Positions 59,632 to 64,000 of a DNA stretch of 64,000 nucleotides are shown here, piece after piece. A program made the translations under genes and the position numbers. This DNA is from Chlorobiaceae bacterium. Its GTDB lineage: Bacteria > Bacteroidota > Chlorobiia > Chlorobiales > Chlorobiaceae. Every line of letters begins with the position of its first letter. The stretch's first letter is position 1. The notes below the pieces were generated by a model. It searched no databases, was not told where the DNA came from, and saw only the letters and a program-made list of their open reading frames with translations. The stretch lies in assembly GCA_012972825.1 (NCBI GenBank), contig JABDHL010000026.1, positions 40,019 to 104,018 of the forward strand, read 5' to 3'.

Positions 59632-60297
59632 TTAAAGGGATCGATTGAGAAAATTAATCAATGGGTTCACTGATTTGAAAGTCCTGGAAAGCGATGCAAT
59701 AAATGCGGGATCGGTTACTTCTTCATCGCTGAGAAAACGTTGGGTATAGTAGTCTTTGCATTTGAGATAGTCTATTGCCGGGTTTGTGCTGTCATAACCT
59801 TTTGGGGGCCTGACCAATTTGCCTGAAGCTTTGACGCTTTCAGGGAAACAGCGTAGAAGATCATTGTCGCGAACAATCGATTCCCACTCTTTGAAAGAGG
59901 CATCAATTTCGCGCCTTATCTGATCAAGAATGGCGGTTTCGGGCATATAGATACCGCCGCCGATAAATGATGCTCCGGGTTCAACATGGAGATAATATCC
60001 GGCATAGGGACTTTTCCTGCCTCCCTTGCTGATAAATGCAAAGAAGTTTGTTTTATAGGGTGTTTTATCTTTTGAAAAGCGTATGTCGCGGTTGATGCGC
60101 ATGATACATGCTTTCGGATCAAGATGTGAGGTTGCAATATCCACATCAAATCCTGCTATTTCAACAAGCAGTTTTACAACGGTATCCAACACATCACCCT
60201 GCGCCTTCTGATACTCTTTTTTGTGCTCATCGAACCACGCCTTGGTATTATTGGCTTTCAGGTCTGTGAGAAATTCGAGTGTCGTGGCGGTAATCAT
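59632..60297 (-). CDS. DUF2461 (TIGR02453) family protein
   Basis: 221 aa. FLTDLKANNTKAWFDEHKKEY, RINRDIRFSKDKTPYKT and GGGIYMPE are typical of this family. Confidence 0.7.
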   Translation of the reverse strand: MITATTLEFLTDLKANNTKAWFDEHKKEYQKAQGDVLDTVVKLLVEIAGFDVDIATSHLDPKACIMRINRDIRFSKDKTPYKTNFFAFISKGGRKSPYAGYYLHVEPGASFIGGGIYMPETAILDQIRREIDASFKEWESIVRDNDLLRCFPESVKASGKLVRPPKGYDSTNPAIDYLKCKDYYTQRFLSDEEVTDPAFIASLSRTFKSVNPLINFLNRSL

Positions 60298-60315
60298 AAG
60301 TTGAAGAGTTAGGAT

Positions 60316-60332
60316 GATAGGTCATATAGGAC
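60316..60332. repeat. short dispersed repeat unit GATAGGTCATATAGGAC
   Basis: It shares the ATAGGTCNTATAGG unit with 45104-45117. Confidence 0.4.
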
Positions 60333-60341
60333 GAATACGAC

Positions 60342-60848
60342 TTATAACATTTTTTTATGATCAGACAGATTGGAACTGGATGTTGAGGATTCATGATCCG
60401 AACCTTTTTTTTCTGAACTGGTCACCAGTTTGTGCAGAATGCCTATAACGAGAAGGGATGCAAGCAACAGACCATAATGCCATGTATTGGTAGCCTGTTC
60501 CAAAGTCTGACCGGCAGTGACGGTACGGACAGGTTCAACGATCAGCTGCCGAAGAAGAGTTATCATGGCTACTTCAATGAACACGACAACATGAAACACC
60601 CCGGTCTGGACATAATTGATTTCTGCAGAAATCAGGCTTGACAGTGTCCACACAATAAAGAGAGTTCCCAATGCCTGCAAAAAACCATGAGCAAGATTAT
60701 TTATTTCAAATGAATGAACAACAGCCATGATAAACTCCCACAACACCATGATGCTTGCCAAAACGAGCGCTATGGCAAGAAAAGCATGCAGGATATGATT
60801 AAACGCACGTAGCGTACTTAACAGGCGATCTTCGAAGGATGCTATCAT
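60342..60848 (-). CDS. PsiE-like (phosphate-starvation-inducible E family) membrane protein
   Basis: 168 aa with 4 TM helices. The assignment rests on general resemblance to PsiE topology and sequence only. Confidence 0.45.
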   Translation of the reverse strand: MIASFEDRLLSTLRAFNHILHAFLAIALVLASIMVLWEFIMAVVHSFEINNLAHGFLQALGTLFIVWTLSSLISAEINYVQTGVFHVVVFIEVAMITLLRQLIVEPVRTVTAGQTLEQATNTWHYGLLLASLLVIGILHKLVTSSEKKGSDHESSTSSSNLSDHKKML

Positions 60849-61116
60849 CGACTGACAGGTTAATGATTACCCTTGAGCTGAAAAACAGTTACCGATATCA
60901 ATGCTTTTTACAAGCTTATTTCCTTTATTGTAACAATTAACCTCTGTGTTTGCAAAAAAAGGAAGTTCATAAATAAAAAATCCGGATACTCTCTTTTTTA
61001 TCTCTTTATCATCACTCCCTTGAAATTATTGGAGAGTCTTCCTGCCAAATGTACATTATTGCTACCGATTCAGAGATATTTCACTATTGACGTCCATACT
61101 GTTCCACTGTACCTGC

Positions 61117-61629
61117 ATGAATGAAAAAGAATTAAAAGAGCTGCAAAAGGGTGATATTCTTATCTGCCTTGCATATTTGCCCGATGACGTGGTCAGTGTC
61201 AACAGCAAAATACATATTGACGCCCCGCCAGCACAAGTATGGAAGACACTTACCGATTACGATAACCTGAGCAGTTATCTGCCGAAAGTCTTGTCGAGCA
61301 AGGTAGTTGAACGTCATGGAAATGAGATCATTCTTGACCAGATCGGAAAAACCGGTATTTTTATCTTCGAGAAAATTGTTCATTTTCGTTTAAAAATCAC
61401 GGAAGAGTACCCAAGCAAAATCAGCTTCGGGCAGATAGAAGGAGATTTTGCAGTTTACCTGGGAGAATGGGTACTCGATTCCAGTCAGACAATAGAAGGC
61501 ACCATACTCTCTTATAATGCAGAAATGAAACCGCTTTTTTTTGCACCGCCAATCCTGGTCAGTTTTGTTCAGCGACAGGATTTGCCGGGAATACTCAAGG
61601 CACACAAACAAAGAGCTGAAACGCTTTAG
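61117..61629 (+). CDS. SRPBCC (START/polyketide cyclase-like) family protein
   Basis: MNEKELKE… start; the track ORF begins at 61087. IHIDAPPAQVWKTLTDYDNLSSYLPKV is a typical SRPBCC N-terminal strand-helix. It is a paralogue of 62793..63443. Confidence 0.6.
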   Translation: MNEKELKELQKGDILICLAYLPDDVVSVNSKIHIDAPPAQVWKTLTDYDNLSSYLPKVLSSKVVERHGNEIILDQIGKTGIFIFEKIVHFRLKITEEYPSKISFGQIEGDFAVYLGEWVLDSSQTIEGTILSYNAEMKPLFFAPPILVSFVQRQDLPGILKAHKQRAETL

Positions 61630-61723
61630 ACTGAAAGGGCAACAGCTTATTACAACATAATGAAGCGGTTAAAATCGCATCAACCGGACGTTTTTACCTG
61701 CAACCATTTATTATCGAAACACT

Positions 61724-62773
61724 ATGATTACTGATAAACCTGTGTGCGTCACCGGAGCTTCGGGGTTTATTGCCGCACACATCGTCCGACAACTCCTTGA
61801 ACAAGGATATAGCGTCAGAGGTACAGTACGTAAAAGCCCGAAGAACTATCCCTTTCTTCTTGGACTTCCTGGTGCTTCCGAACGTTTAGAACTTGTTGAG
61901 GCCGATCTCCTGAGTAATGGCGCCTACGACAGGGCCGTTGATGGGTGTGAGTATGTCATGCATACTGCAAGCCCTTATCAGATAAACGTTAAAAACCCGC
62001 AAACTGATCTTGTTGATCCGGCAGTTAACGGAACAGAAACTGTATTGGAAAGCTGCCTGAAATCGCACAGTATTAAAAGGGTGATTTTTACCTCTTCGAT
62101 TGCAGCCATTACCGATGAACCGGATAGTACAAAAGTATTCAATGAAAAAGACTGGAATACCATGTCCTCCCTTGAGCGTAACCCATACCATTACTCTAAA
62201 ACACTTGCTGAACGCGATGCATGGGATTTCATCATGCGAAAACGCCCAACGTTTGATCTGGTTGCAATCAATCCCTTTATGGTTGTCGGCCCTTCGCTCG
62301 GTCCGTCGCTCAATACAAGCAACCAGATTCTCCGCGACATTCTGATCGGGGTCTACCCTTGCATCATGGATATCAACTGGGGTTTTGTTGCTGTACAGGA
62401 TGCAGCACAATCGCATATTCTTGCCATGGAAACCGAGACGGCAAGCGGGCGTTACCTTTGCTCGGGAGAGGCAATGGACATGAAAACACTGGTCGCACTT
62501 CTTTCATCATCAGGTTTTGATGCATACTCATTACCAAAGCTTGATCTCTCTGGAAAGATTGGCTCGCTGCTGATGAAAGTACTCTCTTTCACACAACCGA
62601 GAAATACCGGCGTCTATATCCGTACAAACATTGGCCGGACAATGCGCTATGACAATGCAAAAATCAAGCGGGAATTAGGTATATCTTTTAAACCGGTCAA
62701 GGAGAGCATTATTGACGCCGTCAAGGATATGGTACAGTGGGGTCATCTACCACCGCAAAAAAATAACAAATAA
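61724..62773 (+). CDS. NAD(P)-dependent SDR, dihydroflavonol/cinnamoyl-CoA reductase-like
   Basis: Rossmann motif VTGASGFIAAHIV and catalytic YHYSK (YxxxK). Confidence 0.8.
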   Translation: MITDKPVCVTGASGFIAAHIVRQLLEQGYSVRGTVRKSPKNYPFLLGLPGASERLELVEADLLSNGAYDRAVDGCEYVMHTASPYQINVKNPQTDLVDPAVNGTETVLESCLKSHSIKRVIFTSSIAAITDEPDSTKVFNEKDWNTMSSLERNPYHYSKTLAERDAWDFIMRKRPTFDLVAINPFMVVGPSLGPSLNTSNQILRDILIGVYPCIMDINWGFVAVQDAAQSHILAMETETASGRYLCSGEAMDMKTLVALLSSSGFDAYSLPKLDLSGKIGSLLMKVLSFTQPRNTGVYIRTNIGRTMRYDNAKIKRELGISFKPVKESIIDAVKDMVQWGHLPPQKNNK

Positions 62774-62792
62774 TCAACTTTCAGATTTCTCT

Positions 62793-63443
62793 ATGCATTG
62801 CTCCATTCGAAGGATCTTCCACTCAATGCTTCCTATCATAGTCGTACTGATCTCATTTGTATCTTATCCCTCATTGGCACAGCCGACTGAATCCACCACT
62901 TCTGACTCCTTATCGTCGGAGAGGGTGAAGCTGTTGAACGGAGAGGTGCTTGTTGTCCTTTCGGATCTTCCGGATGGAGTTACAGGAGTTGAGGGACATA
63001 TCTATATTGCCGCACCTCCGAAAAAAGTATGGGAGGTTGTCACTGATTATGACAATCACAAGAAATTTGTCCCGAATGTTATGGATAGCGGCACTATTTC
63101 GGATAATGGAATCGAAAAAGTGATATTCGAGAAAGGGAAATCGGGAATGCTCTTTTTTAAAAAGACGGTCAATATCAAAATGAAAGTATGGGGAGAGGTA
63201 CCGAGGCATCTTTTTTTTGAGCAAATCACCGGCGAATTCAAAGTCTATCATGGGGAGTGGATCCTTGTAGAAAACCAGCAAGGAGCAGGAACATTTTTAA
63301 CCTATAAAGCAGATGTAAAACCTGATTTTTTTGCACCACGATTTGCGGTAAAAAATGTCCAGAAACGCGATTGCCCATTAATGATGTCTGCAATGAAAAA
63401 ACAAGCGGAGTCATTGTTATCGTTACAACTCAAGAAAGAGTGA
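62793..63443 (+). CDS. secreted SRPBCC family protein (paralogue of 61117..61629)
   Basis: From ATG 62793, with signal peptide MHCSIRRIFHSMLPIIVVLISFVSYPSLAQ. IYIAAPPKKVWEVVTDYDNHKKFVPNV aligns with the upstream paralogue. Confidence 0.6.
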   Translation: MHCSIRRIFHSMLPIIVVLISFVSYPSLAQPTESTTSDSLSSERVKLLNGEVLVVLSDLPDGVTGVEGHIYIAAPPKKVWEVVTDYDNHKKFVPNVMDSGTISDNGIEKVIFEKGKSGMLFFKKTVNIKMKVWGEVPRHLFFEQITGEFKVYHGEWILVENQQGAGTFLTYKADVKPDFFAPRFAVKNVQKRDCPLMMSAMKKQAESLLSLQLKKE

Positions 63444-63444
63444 G

Positions 63445-64000
63445 CTATCGGCGGGAAAGTTGAGATATCGGAAAGCGATGAAAGATGGTTCGATCGTCAA
63501 CTACCCTTGATGCCTGGATCGAATCGCGCTTTTTGAGTGTAGCTGAAATCTGCTGAACATTATACATAATCGCACGGAAAACCGCTGCAGATTTTTTTAT
63601 GCTGCCTGTACCCTGGAAAAGGTAAGATATGGCCGCCGCTCCGTCAAGCAGAAGCCGTAATGGAGCCAACCACAGCAGGGTTGAGATGTCAAGGTTCTTC
63701 AGCAGCATGATAATATTATTGCGGTGATTGAAATAAATTTTTTCTGCTGAGCCAACCGGCAGAGATGCTCCTCCCTCATGCAGAATGACGGACGCTGGAA
63801 CTGAACGCACATCGTAGCCTGAAAGCTTCATACGCCAGGAGAGATCAATCTCTTCCATCTGCATAAAAAAATCTTCGTCAAACCCGCCGAGTTCTTCGAC
63901 TACTGCTCTTTTTACAAACATGGCGACACCCGATGCCCAGAAAATATCCTGCCCGGTATTATATTGCCCCCTGTCACTTTCAAGCGTGGAAAACGTTCGG
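63445..64000 (-). CDS. family 2 glycosyltransferase, C-terminal part (5' end beyond the window)
   Basis: The reading frame stays open upstream of the track start (…QDIFWASGVAMFVKRAVVEELGGFDEDFFMQMEEIDLSWR), the GT2 acceptor-side region. Confidence 0.7.
   Translation of the reverse strand, partial: RTFSTLESDRGQYNTGQDIFWASGVAMFVKRAVVEELGGFDEDFFMQMEEIDLSWRMKLSGYDVRSVPASVILHEGGASLPVGSAEKIYFNHRNNIIMLLKNLDISTLLWLAPLRLLLDGAAAISYLFQGTGSIKKSAAVFRAIMYNVQQISATLKKRDSIQASRVVDDRTIFHRFPISQLSRR

Noticed and set aside
1-64000. CRISPR arrays, rRNA genes, an integrase or intact transposase, prophage structural genes.
   Set aside because: No regularly spaced direct repeats, rRNA-like sequence or recombinase/capsid-type ORFs were seen anywhere in the window.

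Overview
This 64-kb chromosomal window has gene content suggesting a green-sulfur-bacterium-like (Chlorobiaceae-type) genome. That assignment is an inference from pdaD, a bshA-like gene, a DUF4293 protein and PIGLI/YKSYRS-type intergenic mini-repeats; no search was run. Most of the window is core housekeeping: pdxA, ftsE-like, nrdJ, nadA, mreC-mreD-mrdA, smpB, tyrS, pdaD, nadB, nadE, murA, a 4-tRNA cluster, acnB, queA, hisD, mreB, a bshA-like gene and a CDF transporter.

Three accessory segments interrupt the core.
1. 4.1-11.4 kb: an orphan ParD-like antitoxin followed by a complete, translationally coupled Wadjet JetABCD operon.
2. 16.7-19.0 kb: a decay zone with a DNA-methylase fragment, a RelE-type fragment, a broken Phd-type antitoxin, a pepD gene with an internal deletion and an IS6-type transposase relic.
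3. 27.3-40.9 kb: a type I R-M island. hsdM is separated from hsdS-DUF262(GmrSD-like)-hsdR-M48 by about 2.8 kb of toxin-antitoxin and orphan cassettes, and this spacer is partitioned by extra partial copies of the hsdM 3' end.

I saw no CRISPR array, rRNA, intact transposase or integrase. No clearly new multi-gene system could be proven from sequence alone. The best candidates for a second look are:
- the cassette accretion at the hsdM/hsdS junction, including an AT-rich orphan gene;
- the Trp1 zinc-hydrolase plus membrane pentapeptide-repeat pair;
- the HTH plus zinc-ribbon pair at the island edge.

All functional calls rest on motif recognition by eye and on hand translation; no database search or computation was possible.
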